This document shows, one piece after another, positions 1 through 9,239 of a stretch of 64,000 nt of DNA. The translations under genes were made by a program, and so were the position numbers. This DNA comes from an uncultured beta proteobacterium (lineage in GTDB: Bacteria > Pseudomonadota > Gammaproteobacteria > Burkholderiales > Burkholderiaceae). The stretch lies in the NCBI GenBank assembly GCA_963803225.1, contig CAWDLJ010000004.1:1167706-1231705 (forward strand), written 5' to 3'. The notes under the pieces were generated by a model. It was not told the origin of the DNA. It saw nothing but the letters and a program-made list of their open reading frames with translations, and made no database searches. The stretch's first letter is position 1; the number at the start of each line of letters is the position of its first letter.

Positions 1-713
1 TCGTCGACGACGACGTTGAACTGCGCGACCTGCTGCGCGACTATCTCGCCCGCCAGGGCATGGAAGTGTCGGTGCTGCACGACGCGGGCTCCCTCGAACG
101 GCGCCTCGAACGCGAGCGCCCGGACCTGATCGTGCTCGACCTGATGATGCCCGGCGTGGACGGCCTCACCGCGCTGCGCAAGCTGCGCGCGTCGGGCGAC
201 GATATCCCCGTCATCATGCTGACCGCGCGCGCGGACGATGTGGACCGCATCGTCGGCCTCGAACTGGGCGCCGATGACTACCTCGGCAAGCCGTTCAACC
301 CGCGCGAGCTGCTCGCGCGCGTGCAGGCCGTGCTGCGCCGGCGCCGCACCATGCCGTCGGCGGCCGCGCCCGAGCAGCGCGAGCCGTTCTCGTTCGGTCG
401 CTTCACGCTCGATTTCCAGTCGCGCACGCTGCATCAGGAAGGCCGCCCGCTCGTACTGTCGGGCAGCGAATTCGCGTTGCTGAAGATCTTCGTCAACCAT
501 CCGATGCGCACGCTCACGCGCGAGCGCCTGCTCGAATTGCTGCACGGGCCCGAGTACGACGGCACCGACCGCGGCATCGACGTGCAGGTGTGGCGCCTGC
601 GCCGCATCCTCGAAACCGATCCCTCCACGCCCCGTTTCATCCAGACCGTGCGCGGGCGCGGCTATGTGTTCGTGCCGGACGGCGAACAGAGTCCCCATGC
701 GCCGGCCGGTTGA
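1..713 (+). CDS. OmpR-family response regulator (5' end outside window)
   Basis: Frame is open from the window start (VDDDVELRDLL...). REC motif LIVLDLMMPG and winged-helix C-terminus (IQTVRGRGY). Confidence 0.93.
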   Translation, partial: VDDDVELRDLLRDYLARQGMEVSVLHDAGSLERRLERERPDLIVLDLMMPGVDGLTALRKLRASGDDIPVIMLTARADDVDRIVGLELGADDYLGKPFNPRELLARVQAVLRRRRTMPSAAAPEQREPFSFGRFTLDFQSRTLHQEGRPLVLSGSEFALLKIFVNHPMRTLTRERLLELLHGPEYDGTDRGIDVQVWRLRRILETDPSTPRFIQTVRGRGYVFVPDGEQSPHAPAG

Positions 714-2013
714 TTCACTGTTCGGACGCCTTGCGCTGGTCTTCATCGGCGTCCTCCTGATCTCGCATATTGCGTGGTTCGCGCTGATGCGCCTCGAGCG
801 CAACCAGATGCAGGTCCATTACGCGGTCGAAGAGGCGGCCTTCCTCGTCGACTCCGTGCGCCAGCACGTGCAGCGCACGCCGGACTTGCCGCTGCCGTCG
901 CGCGTGCGGCTCGTCGAGCCCGACAATCCGCTGGTGCCGCCGCCCCCGAACGAGGATACGCCGGCGCCGCTGCGCCGCTTCATCGAGGATGTGCAGGACC
1001 GCATGCCGGCCGGCGCCGAGGTGCGCGCGGGCCAGCCGGGCGGGCCGCCCACGCTGTGGGTGAAGGCGCCCGGCGACCCGCGCTGGATCGTCGTGCCGGT
1101 GCAGCCGCTGCGCCTGATGCGGCCGATCGACCGCGCGATACCGTGGTTCGTGCTGATCTTTTGCGCGGCGGTGATCGCGGCGCTCGTGGCCGCGTGGCAA
1201 TTGCAGCAGCCGCTGAGCGCGCTCGCGCTCGCCGTCACGCGCTTTGGCCGCGGGCTGCCGGTGCCGCCCGTGCCCGAGCGCGGGCCGCGCGAGATGCGTC
1301 TGCTCACGCACGGCTTCAACCAGATGGTGCAGGAAGTCGCGCGCACCGATAACGATCGCGCGGTGATGCTCGCGGGGGTCGCCCACGATCTGAAGACGCC
1401 GCTCGCGCGGCTGCGCCTGCGCGCGGAAATGATGGACGATGCACGCACGCGCGACGGCGTCGTGCGCGACGTCGAATCGATGGCGCACATCGTCGACCAG
1501 TTTCTCGCGTTCGCGCACGACAGTCCCGACCGCAGCGCGCCCGTCGAGGTGGACGAGCAGTGCCTGCGCATCGTGCGCAACTACCGTTCGGTGGGCGGCG
1601 ACACGATCGTCCAGACCCGCCTCGAAGCCGGCCCCGAGTTCCAGCTGCCGACCGCCACGCTGGAACGGGTGCTGTCGAACCTGCTCGACAACGCCCACGC
1701 GTATGGCGCGCCGCCGGTCGTCATCGAGACCGCGCGCACGCCTGAAGGCTTCATGCTGAGTGTGCGCGACCACGGCACGGGCATCGCCAGCGAGCAGGTC
1801 GAACACGCGAGCCGCCCATTCGTGCGGCTCGATCCGGCGCGCGGCGGCAACGGCCACAGCGGGCTCGGGCTCGCGATCGTCGAGCGGCTGGTGCGCCGCG
1901 TCGGCGGCGAGTGGGAGATTGGCAACGCGGATGGCGCCGGGCTGCGCGTGCGCATGACGTTCCCGTTCGAGGCGGTGCAGCGCACCGTGGCGGAAGCAGC
2001 CAACGCGTGGTGA
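697..2013 (+). CDS. EnvZ-like sensor histidine kinase
   Basis: Two TM segments, HAMP, H-box AHDLKTPL, N/G boxes (NLLDNA, DHGTGI, GLGLAIV). Start overlaps the regulator 3' end. Confidence 0.92.
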   Translation: MRRPVDSLFGRLALVFIGVLLISHIAWFALMRLERNQMQVHYAVEEAAFLVDSVRQHVQRTPDLPLPSRVRLVEPDNPLVPPPPNEDTPAPLRRFIEDVQDRMPAGAEVRAGQPGGPPTLWVKAPGDPRWIVVPVQPLRLMRPIDRAIPWFVLIFCAAVIAALVAAWQLQQPLSALALAVTRFGRGLPVPPVPERGPREMRLLTHGFNQMVQEVARTDNDRAVMLAGVAHDLKTPLARLRLRAEMMDDARTRDGVVRDVESMAHIVDQFLAFAHDSPDRSAPVEVDEQCLRIVRNYRSVGGDTIVQTRLEAGPEFQLPTATLERVLSNLLDNAHAYGAPPVVIETARTPEGFMLSVRDHGTGIASEQVEHASRPFVRLDPARGGNGHSGLGLAIVERLVRRVGGEWEIGNADGAGLRVRMTFPFEAVQRTVAEAANAW

Positions 2014-2074
2014 GCGGGACGGCGCAAACAGCGCACACAGCGCACACAGCGCCGCCCGGTCCTGGCTGGGCCGC

Positions 2075-2341
2075 TTACGCGGCGAACAGCGCTTCGAGCG
2101 ACGCGGCCGCGTCGCTGTCCACCGTGTTGTAGGTGACGGTCGTCGCCTCGAAGATGTAATGCGTCGTATAGCGGCCGATGCGCTCCAGAATCTCTTCCTG
2201 GATCAACTCGGGTGCCGCGTCGAGCTTCAGGTACCAGGCGGTCGATGAGAGTCGCGTCTGGAACGCGCCGTATTCGACCATCAGCGTGTCGAATGCGCTC
2301 GCATCCTGATCGCGGCAGACGATGACGAGATTTCCCTTCAT
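2075..2341 (-). CDS. Small hypothetical protein (88 aa)
   Basis: Host-like codon usage, AGGAGG SD upstream, fills the gap between two genes. Confidence 0.7.
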   Translation of the reverse strand: MKGNLVIVCRDQDASAFDTLMVEYGAFQTRLSSTAWYLKLDAAPELIQEEILERIGRYTTHYIFEATTVTYNTVDSDAAASLEALFAA

Positions 2342-2422
2342 GCGAACCTCCTGAGCGGACGGCGTCCCCCGATGGGCGCCTTCGCGTCCATCATAACGCG
2401 CCGCAGCACGCAGGCTTTGCGC

Positions 2423-4105
2423 TCACCACGTGGTGGTCGTGGCGGCGCGCGGGGTGGGGATGGCTTCGTCGGGCGGGATGGGTTCGCAGCGGTCGCGCCC
2501 GTGCGACTTCGCCAGATAGAGCGCCAGGTCGGCGCGGCTCATCAGGCTCTCGGGCTGGTCGAGCCGGTGCAGCTCGGTGATGCCGATGCTCACGCTCAGG
2601 TTCGCTTCGGCGGGCAGGTCGATGCAGGCGCGGTCGTGCACCTGCAGGCGCAGACGTTCGACCACTTCGAGGCCGGCCGCCAGACTCGTCGCGGGCAGCA
2701 GCAGGCCGAATTCCTCGCCGCCGAGACGGCCGACCGCATCGTCGGTGCGCAGCTGCGCGCGGCAGGTATCGACGAAGTGGCGCAGCGCGCGGTCGCCGGC
2801 CGGGTGGCCGAAGCGGTCGTTGATCTGCTTGAAGTAGTCGAGGTCGGCGATCGCCATGCAAAGCGGCGTGCCGAGCGCCGTGGCTCGGTCGATTTCGTGG
2901 CGCAGCAGGTCGAGGAAGTAGCGGCGCGAGAGCGCGCCGGTCAGCGCGTCGTCGCGCGCCTCGGCCGCGAGCAGCGCGTTGGCCGATTTGAGCTGCTCGG
3001 CGAGATCGCGCGTCGCGCGGTGCAGACGTCGCTCGCGCACCCACGACACCGTGATCACGGCGGCCAGCGCCACGCTTCCCGCGAGCGAGAGGAAGATCAG
3101 CAGCCGGTCGCGCTTGTGGTTCGCGAGCAGTTCGGGCCAGGCGGTGAGCGGATCGACGAGGTGCGCCGACAAGCCGGAGTTCAGGCCGCCGCGCGACTCG
3201 TAGAGCGCGGGCGAATGCTGGCCCGGCAGCTCGACGAGTCCGGTGGCTTCGCCGCGCGGGATCCACGGCGCCTCGTCCTCGACGGTGCGCGCGGCGGGGC
3301 GCAGCGCGATCGGCGCGAAGTGCTCGCGCAGGTAGGTGCTCACGCGCTCGACGGCGTTCATTTCCTCGACGTGCGCGCCGGGGATCGCGAGCCCTTCGAG
3401 CGTGCTGTTGTGCGCCATGATGATGACGCCGTTGCTGTCCGATACGAAGGTGCCCGGGTGCGCCACCCAGTGGCGCAGCCGCGCGATGCCGACCTTGGCG
3501 ACCACGGCGCCGACTAGCAGGCCATCGTCGTAGACCGGCGCGGCGACGAAGATGCCGGGCTCGCCGCTCGTCGTGCCGACCCCGTAGGTCTCGGCGAATG
3601 CGCCGAGCAGGGTGTCGGCCAGGTACGCGCGCGGGCGCATGTCGATGCCGACGTACGAGACCTTGTCGCGCGCGTTGCTCGACGCGATGCACACGCCGTT
3701 GGTGTTGATGAGCCAGATCGCGTCGAGTCCCGAGAAGCCCTGGGCGTCGTGCAGGAAGTCGTTCACGCCATCGAGTCCGGGCGACTTGAGCAGATCCGCG
3801 CGGCGCGTCTGTTCCGACGAGTTGTTGTTCGACGCGTACTGCGCGCTCGCCGAAAGGGCTTCCTGGACGACCCGTGTCTCGGCCATCGTGGCCGGAATCG
3901 CGCGCGACATCGCGAGGTCGCTCGCGATCACCTCAGCCATGTTGTCGACGACCGAACTGCTCATCTGCTGCTGCCCATGCAGCGCCGAGTCGAGCTCCTG
4001 ACGAACCATGTGATCGGCGATCAGATCGGCGGCCGCCCAGCAGACGAGCGCCACCAGCGCCACCCCGATGGGGGCGGCGGCCTGGCGCAGGAGTCTGCTT
4101 TTCAT
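2423..4105 (-). CDS. Membrane diguanylate cyclase (periplasmic Cache-like domain + GGDEF)
   Basis: Two TM helices, DALTG, DLDYFKQINDRFGHPAGD, GRLGGEEF. Confidence 0.9.
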   Translation of the reverse strand: MKSRLLRQAAAPIGVALVALVCWAAADLIADHMVRQELDSALHGQQQMSSSVVDNMAEVIASDLAMSRAIPATMAETRVVQEALSASAQYASNNNSSEQTRRADLLKSPGLDGVNDFLHDAQGFSGLDAIWLINTNGVCIASSNARDKVSYVGIDMRPRAYLADTLLGAFAETYGVGTTSGEPGIFVAAPVYDDGLLVGAVVAKVGIARLRHWVAHPGTFVSDSNGVIIMAHNSTLEGLAIPGAHVEEMNAVERVSTYLREHFAPIALRPAARTVEDEAPWIPRGEATGLVELPGQHSPALYESRGGLNSGLSAHLVDPLTAWPELLANHKRDRLLIFLSLAGSVALAAVITVSWVRERRLHRATRDLAEQLKSANALLAAEARDDALTGALSRRYFLDLLRHEIDRATALGTPLCMAIADLDYFKQINDRFGHPAGDRALRHFVDTCRAQLRTDDAVGRLGGEEFGLLLPATSLAAGLEVVERLRLQVHDRACIDLPAEANLSVSIGITELHRLDQPESLMSRADLALYLAKSHGRDRCEPIPPDEAIPTPRAATTTTW

Positions 4106-4518
4106 CGGTTGATCGATCCCATCTGAGCGTTTGTTTGGCGAGCCGCGCGGGTGCGAATCCGGCTTTGGGCGCCGTCGCCCGCCGGTCCTGGTCGCCGCTG
4201 AGCGCCGATTTTAACTCCGCCAAGGCCGCTGCGCCTGGGTTCGTGGCTTTCTGGCGCCACTTTTGGGCATGCCGTGTACCGCGCGAGGTTGTGCCTGTCA
4301 CACAGGTTGTAGTAGTGTCGTGCCGTCCTTAGCAGGGCGCCCCCCGCGCTGGCGGGCCGGCAGATCGCGCTGCTGCGTCGTTCACGAACCTTTGTACCCA
4401 TGCGTTCCTCCATGTCTGACTTCCGCTCGACGGTTCCCCAGCGTGCGCTGCGCGCCGCGTCACCGCCCCCTGCGCTGGCTGCCTGTAGCCGGCCCGCTTC
4501 ACACCCGGGGGTGCGCTG

Positions 4519-6285
4519 ATGGACTTCAGCTTCAGCAACCTGAACCGCACCGCGAACGCCTCGGCGTGGCGGCTCTTGCCCAACGGCTGGGACTTCGTCG
4601 CGTTCCCGCTGATCCTGTGCGGCATCGCGATGGCGGCGGTCGGTTTCCACGAGACCATGGCGCCGATCTCGACGCTCAAGACCCAGGTCATCTCGCTCGA
4701 TCCGTCCAACCTGCCCGAGTACGCGATGCGCACGACGCTGCGCATGCTCGCCGCGATGGTCGCCTCGCTCGCGTTCACGCTCGTCTACGGCACGCTCGCC
4801 GCGAAGAGCCGGCGCGCCGGCATGGTGCTCGTGCCGATCCTCGACATCTTGCAGTCGGTGCCGGTACTCGGCTATATCTCGTTTACCGTTACGTTCTTCC
4901 TCGCACTGGTGCCATCGCGCGTGCTCGGTGCCGAACTGGCCGCGATCTTCGCGATCTTCACGAGCCAGGCCTGGAACATGACGTTCAGCTTCTACCAGTC
5001 GCTGCGCACGGTGCCGCGCGATCTGGACGAAGTCTCGCGCGGCTTTCACCTGACCGGCTGGCAGCGTTTCTGGAAGCTCGAAGTGCCGTTCTCGATGCCG
5101 GGCCTCATCTGGAACATGATGATGTCGATGTCGGGCGGCTGGTTCTTCGTGGTGGCCTCCGAGGCGATCACGGTCGGCAACAACACGATCACGCTGCCCG
5201 GCATCGGCGCGTACCTCGCCCAGGCCATCACCGAGAAGGACCTGCATGCGGTCGGCTGGGTGATCCTGACGATGGTGGTCGTGATTCTCGCGTACGACCA
5301 GTTGCTGTTCCGTCCGCTCGTCGCGTGGGCCGACAAGTTCCGCATGGAGAACACCAGTTCGGGCGACGCGCCGCAATCCTGGCTGCTCGACCTGATCCGC
5401 CGCACGCGTCTCATCAACCGTTTGCTCGTGCCGATGGGCTGGCTCATCGCGAAGACCGCGCGCCTGCCGCTGCAACTGCCCGCGCTACCGATGATCCAGC
5501 GCGCGGCGCCGCTCGCCGTGGGCTCGGGCGGCAAGCGCTCGCGGCTCGGCGACGTGGTCTGGTCGGTGCTCGTGCTCGCCGTCACGGTCTACGTGGTCTG
5601 GCGCGTCGTGGGCTACGTGCGTACCGGCGTCACGCTCGACGAAGTCGGCCACGTGCTCGTGCTCGGTCTCATCACGCTGCTGCGCGTGGTGCTGCTGATC
5701 GCGATCGCCTCGGTGATCTGGGTGCCGCTCGGCGTGCTGATCGGGCTGCGCCCGGCGCTCGCCGAGAAGATCCAGCCGCTCGCGCAGTTCCTCGCGGCGT
5801 TCCCGGCCAACCTGCTGTTCCCGGTGTTCGTGATCGTCATCGTGCGATTCCACCTCAATCCGGACATCTGGCTCTCGCCGCTGATCGTGCTCGGGACCCA
5901 GTGGTATATCCTGTTCAACGTGATCGCAGGTGCGAGCGCCTATCCGAACGACTATCGCGAGGCGGCGCGCAACTTCCAGATCCGCGGCTGGCAATGGTGG
6001 CGCCAGGTGATGCTGCCGGGCGTGTTTCCGTATTACGTGACGGGCGCGATCACGGCGTCGGGCGGCGCCTGGAACGCGAGTATCGTCGCGGAGTTCGTGC
6101 AGTGGGGCGACACCAAGGTCGCCGCGCACGGTCTCGGTGCGTATATCGCCGAGACCACGGCGGCCGGCGACTACCCCAAGATCATTCTGGGCATCGCCGT
6201 GATGTCGCTGTTCGTGACCCTGTTCAACCGCCTGCTGTGGCGTCCGATGTACGCCTACGCTGAGGCGAAGCTGCGGCTCGATTGA
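4519..6285 (+). CDS. ABC transporter permease, double SsuC/NitT-type module
   Basis: Many TM segments, two BPD_transp-like halves with EAA-type loops. Confidence 0.88.
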   Translation: MDFSFSNLNRTANASAWRLLPNGWDFVAFPLILCGIAMAAVGFHETMAPISTLKTQVISLDPSNLPEYAMRTTLRMLAAMVASLAFTLVYGTLAAKSRRAGMVLVPILDILQSVPVLGYISFTVTFFLALVPSRVLGAELAAIFAIFTSQAWNMTFSFYQSLRTVPRDLDEVSRGFHLTGWQRFWKLEVPFSMPGLIWNMMMSMSGGWFFVVASEAITVGNNTITLPGIGAYLAQAITEKDLHAVGWVILTMVVVILAYDQLLFRPLVAWADKFRMENTSSGDAPQSWLLDLIRRTRLINRLLVPMGWLIAKTARLPLQLPALPMIQRAAPLAVGSGGKRSRLGDVVWSVLVLAVTVYVVWRVVGYVRTGVTLDEVGHVLVLGLITLLRVVLLIAIASVIWVPLGVLIGLRPALAEKIQPLAQFLAAFPANLLFPVFVIVIVRFHLNPDIWLSPLIVLGTQWYILFNVIAGASAYPNDYREAARNFQIRGWQWWRQVMLPGVFPYYVTGAITASGGAWNASIVAEFVQWGDTKVAAHGLGAYIAETTAAGDYPKIILGIAVMSLFVTLFNRLLWRPMYAYAEAKLRLD

Positions 6286-6307
6286 GCCCGAAATCAAGGC
6301 AAATGCG

Positions 6308-7651
6308 ATGCAAAATCCCAAGACCCTGAGTGCCGGCGACCTGCAGAGCGCCGGCTCCCCCCCGCGCCTCGGCGAAGAAATCCTGTGCGTGAAGGACGTG
6401 TGCCGCGGGTTCAACAAGACCCAGGGCGAACTGCTCGTCCTCGACGACGCCAACCTGTCGCTGCGCGAGGGCGAGATCGTCGGGCTGCTCGGCCGCTCCG
6501 GCTCGGGCAAGTCCACACTGTTGCGCATCATCGCCGGGCTGATCGAGCCGACGGCGGGCGAGGTGACGTGGCGCGGCAAGCCGGTCGACGGCCCCGCCGA
6601 GGGCGTCGCGATGGTGTTCCAGACCTTCGCGCTGTTTCCGTGGCTCACCGTGCTGCAGAACGTGGAAGCGGGCCTCGAGGCGCAGGGCGTCGGCGCGCGC
6701 GAGCGGCGCGAACGCGCGCTCGCGGCGATCGACCTGATCGGTCTCGACGGCTTCGAGAACGCTTATCCGCGCGAGCTGTCGGGCGGCATGCGCCAGCGCG
6801 TGGGCTTTGCGCGCGCGCTCGTCGTGGACCCGATGCTCATGCTGATGGACGAGCCGTTCTCGGCGCTCGACGTGCTGACGGCCGAGACGCTGCGTACCGA
6901 CCTGCTCGATCTGTGGACGCAAGGGCGCCTGCCGATCAAGTCGGTGCTGATCGTCACGCACAACATCGAGGAAGCGGTGTTCATGTGCGACCGCATCCTC
7001 GTGCTGTCGTCGAATCCTGGGCGTGTCGTCGCCGAGATCAAGGTGCCGTTCAAGCATCCGCGCAACCGGCTCGACCCGGCGTTCCGCAAGCTCGTCGACG
7101 ACATCTACGCGAAGATGACCGCGCGCCAGACCGACGAGGCCACCAAGAAGGGACTCGAGCTGGGCAGCTGGCTGCCGCGCGTGTCGACCAACCTGATGGC
7201 CGGTCTCATCGAGACGCTCGCCGCCGCGCCGTATCACGGCCGTGCGGACATGCCGGAAATCGCGCGCTCGCTGCATCTCGAAGTCGACGATCTGTTCCCG
7301 ATCGCCGAAGTGCTGCAGAACCTGGGCTTTGCCGACGTACGTGAAGGCGATGTGCTGCTCACGCCGCCTGCACGCGTGTTCGCCGAGTTCGGCACGCAGG
7401 AGCGCAAGATGATGTTCGCCGAGCATCTGTTGCGGCACGTGCCGCTCGCGGCGCGGATCAAGAAGGTGCTCAACGAGCGCCCGGGCCATCGCGCACCGCG
7501 CGTGCGCTTCGAACAGGAACTGGAAGACTCGCTCTCGGACGGTGCCGCGGAAGAGACGCTCGACACCGTGATCGACTGGGGCCGTTACGGCGAGATCTTT
7601 TCGTATAACGACCAGTCGGAGATCTTCAGTCTCGAGGACGTCGAGTCCTGA
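6308..7651 (+). CDS. NitT/TauT-family ABC ATPase with C-terminal AAA-associated extension
   Basis: Walker A GRSGSGKST, signature LSGGMRQR, Walker B LMLMDEPF, about 150-aa C-terminal extension. Confidence 0.9.
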   Translation: MQNPKTLSAGDLQSAGSPPRLGEEILCVKDVCRGFNKTQGELLVLDDANLSLREGEIVGLLGRSGSGKSTLLRIIAGLIEPTAGEVTWRGKPVDGPAEGVAMVFQTFALFPWLTVLQNVEAGLEAQGVGARERRERALAAIDLIGLDGFENAYPRELSGGMRQRVGFARALVVDPMLMLMDEPFSALDVLTAETLRTDLLDLWTQGRLPIKSVLIVTHNIEEAVFMCDRILVLSSNPGRVVAEIKVPFKHPRNRLDPAFRKLVDDIYAKMTARQTDEATKKGLELGSWLPRVSTNLMAGLIETLAAAPYHGRADMPEIARSLHLEVDDLFPIAEVLQNLGFADVREGDVLLTPPARVFAEFGTQERKMMFAEHLLRHVPLAARIKKVLNERPGHRAPRVRFEQELEDSLSDGAAEETLDTVIDWGRYGEIFSYNDQSEIFSLEDVES

Positions 7652-7688
7652 AGTTCATTTGCGGCGCCCCGGGCCGGTCCCGGCGGCG

Positions 7689-9107
7689 TCAGCTCCATTC
7701 CACCGTGTCCCGTTGATCCGGCCTGGCGCCGGATGGATCGGCACATGGCACGCCGGGCAGCGCAAGGGTCGCCACGAGACCGCTGGTTCCGTCGTCGCGA
7801 TTTGCCAGCACGACCTTGCCGCCATATTTGGCAACCACCGTCCTGACGATGGACAAGCCGAGCCCGCTGCCGTCCACGACACCCTGGTTGAGCCGGAAGA
7901 AGCGATCGAATACCCGTTCGAGCGAGGCTTGCGGGATGCCTGGCCCGGTGTCGGTCACCCGCACGATGACTTCTACGCCCTGGCCGTCCGGCGCGACCTG
8001 CTGGAACAGGTCGATGTCCACGCATCCACCTTCGGGCGTATAGCGCAGGGCGTTCTGCAGCAGATTGCTCACGGCGATGCTCAAGTCCTCTTCGCGCGCT
8101 GCGACGCGCGCCGGCTCGAAGCGTTTGAAGCCCAGATCGATCGAGCGCCGCACGGCGATCGGCAGCATGTCGGCGAGCAGTCCCTGGAACATCCCGCGCA
8201 TGTCGACGCTCACGAGCGTCGCGCTGTCGACCTGGGCGTCAGCCCGCGCCAGCCCGAGCAACTGGTGAACCATGGCGGCGTTGCGCGCAACCGCGTTGCT
8301 CAGTTCGCGCTCGCGTTCGGCGCGGGCCGCCGGGTCGGGGGCATTGCGCAGATTGTCGACACGCAACTGAAGGGCGGCGAGCGGCGTGCGCATCTCGTGG
8401 GCCGCGTCGGCGATGAAGCGCTTCTCGGCATCGATGCCGGCTTCCAGTCGCGCGATCATCCGGTTGATCGAATCGGCGAAAGGACGGACCTCGTCGGGCA
8501 TCTGCAGGACGTCGAGTGGCTTGAGCCGCGCGACGCCGAGCGCCTCGACATCGGCTCGCGCGCGCTCGAGCGGCGCGAGACTCGCGCGCACGAGCAGCAC
8601 GATCGCCAGCCAGACCAGCGGAATCCGGATCAGTCCGGGCACCAGGCTTTCCAGCGCGGAGTGCATCGCAGTCTGTTCGCGGTACGCGAGCGGCTGGCCG
8701 ACCTGGTAGGTCAGCGCGCCGTCGTCGTGACGCAGGGTGTAAAGGCGATAGATTTGACCGTCGACGGATTCCTCGGAGAAGCCGGCAGGCGCGTTGCGAT
8801 CGAACAGGACGGAGTCGTCGGTGTTGTCGGTCGGGGTCGAGATATCGCGTTTCCACACCTGCCCCACGAAGCCGTCGACAGAATGCTGCGGCGGCCCGTC
8901 GGTACCGAGCGCGCCCACTTTGCCGGCAGCCAGCCACACGGCCGCGCCTTGCAGATGCGAGTCCATCAGATCGTCGATATGCCGCCTCGACAGCCAGAAG
9001 CTGGCTGCGGCGTCGAGCACGCTCACGAGCACGAGCAGCGTGGTCAGCGTGATGACGATGCGCTTCTTCAGCGATCCAGCTTGGCGGGGGCGATGAGCTT
9101 CAGACAT
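7689..9107 (-). CDS. QseC/PmrB-like sensor histidine kinase (no adjacent response regulator)
   Basis: H-box AAHEMRTPL, NLLQNALRY, DTGPGI, GSGLGLSIV. Confidence 0.9.
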   Translation of the reverse strand: MSEAHRPRQAGSLKKRIVITLTTLLVLVSVLDAAASFWLSRRHIDDLMDSHLQGAAVWLAAGKVGALGTDGPPQHSVDGFVGQVWKRDISTPTDNTDDSVLFDRNAPAGFSEESVDGQIYRLYTLRHDDGALTYQVGQPLAYREQTAMHSALESLVPGLIRIPLVWLAIVLLVRASLAPLERARADVEALGVARLKPLDVLQMPDEVRPFADSINRMIARLEAGIDAEKRFIADAAHEMRTPLAALQLRVDNLRNAPDPAARAERERELSNAVARNAAMVHQLLGLARADAQVDSATLVSVDMRGMFQGLLADMLPIAVRRSIDLGFKRFEPARVAAREEDLSIAVSNLLQNALRYTPEGGCVDIDLFQQVAPDGQGVEVIVRVTDTGPGIPQASLERVFDRFFRLNQGVVDGSGLGLSIVRTVVAKYGGKVVLANRDDGTSGLVATLALPGVPCADPSGARPDQRDTVEWS

Positions 9108-9239
9108 CGAGGTGGCTTTGACGTGTCGAGTGCAGGACCACGGAGATGGTCCGAACTCACCTCAGGCTAGCTCAGGAAAGTTAGCTTAAGGTGAGCGCAC
9201 GGGAGGCGGCGCCTGAGTTCGCGGCAATGATGGGTGTGC

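Noticed and set aside
2022-2052. 9-bp tandem repeat GCGCA(A/C)ACA x3 after the kinase gene
   Set aside because: Short, low copy number and intergenic between convergent genes; no functional evidence.
2423-4105. Two Cache-domain c-di-GMP enzymes (here and 44199-46556) as a linked system
   Set aside because: They are 40 kb apart, and such enzymes are numerous in this group; nothing in the sequence links them.
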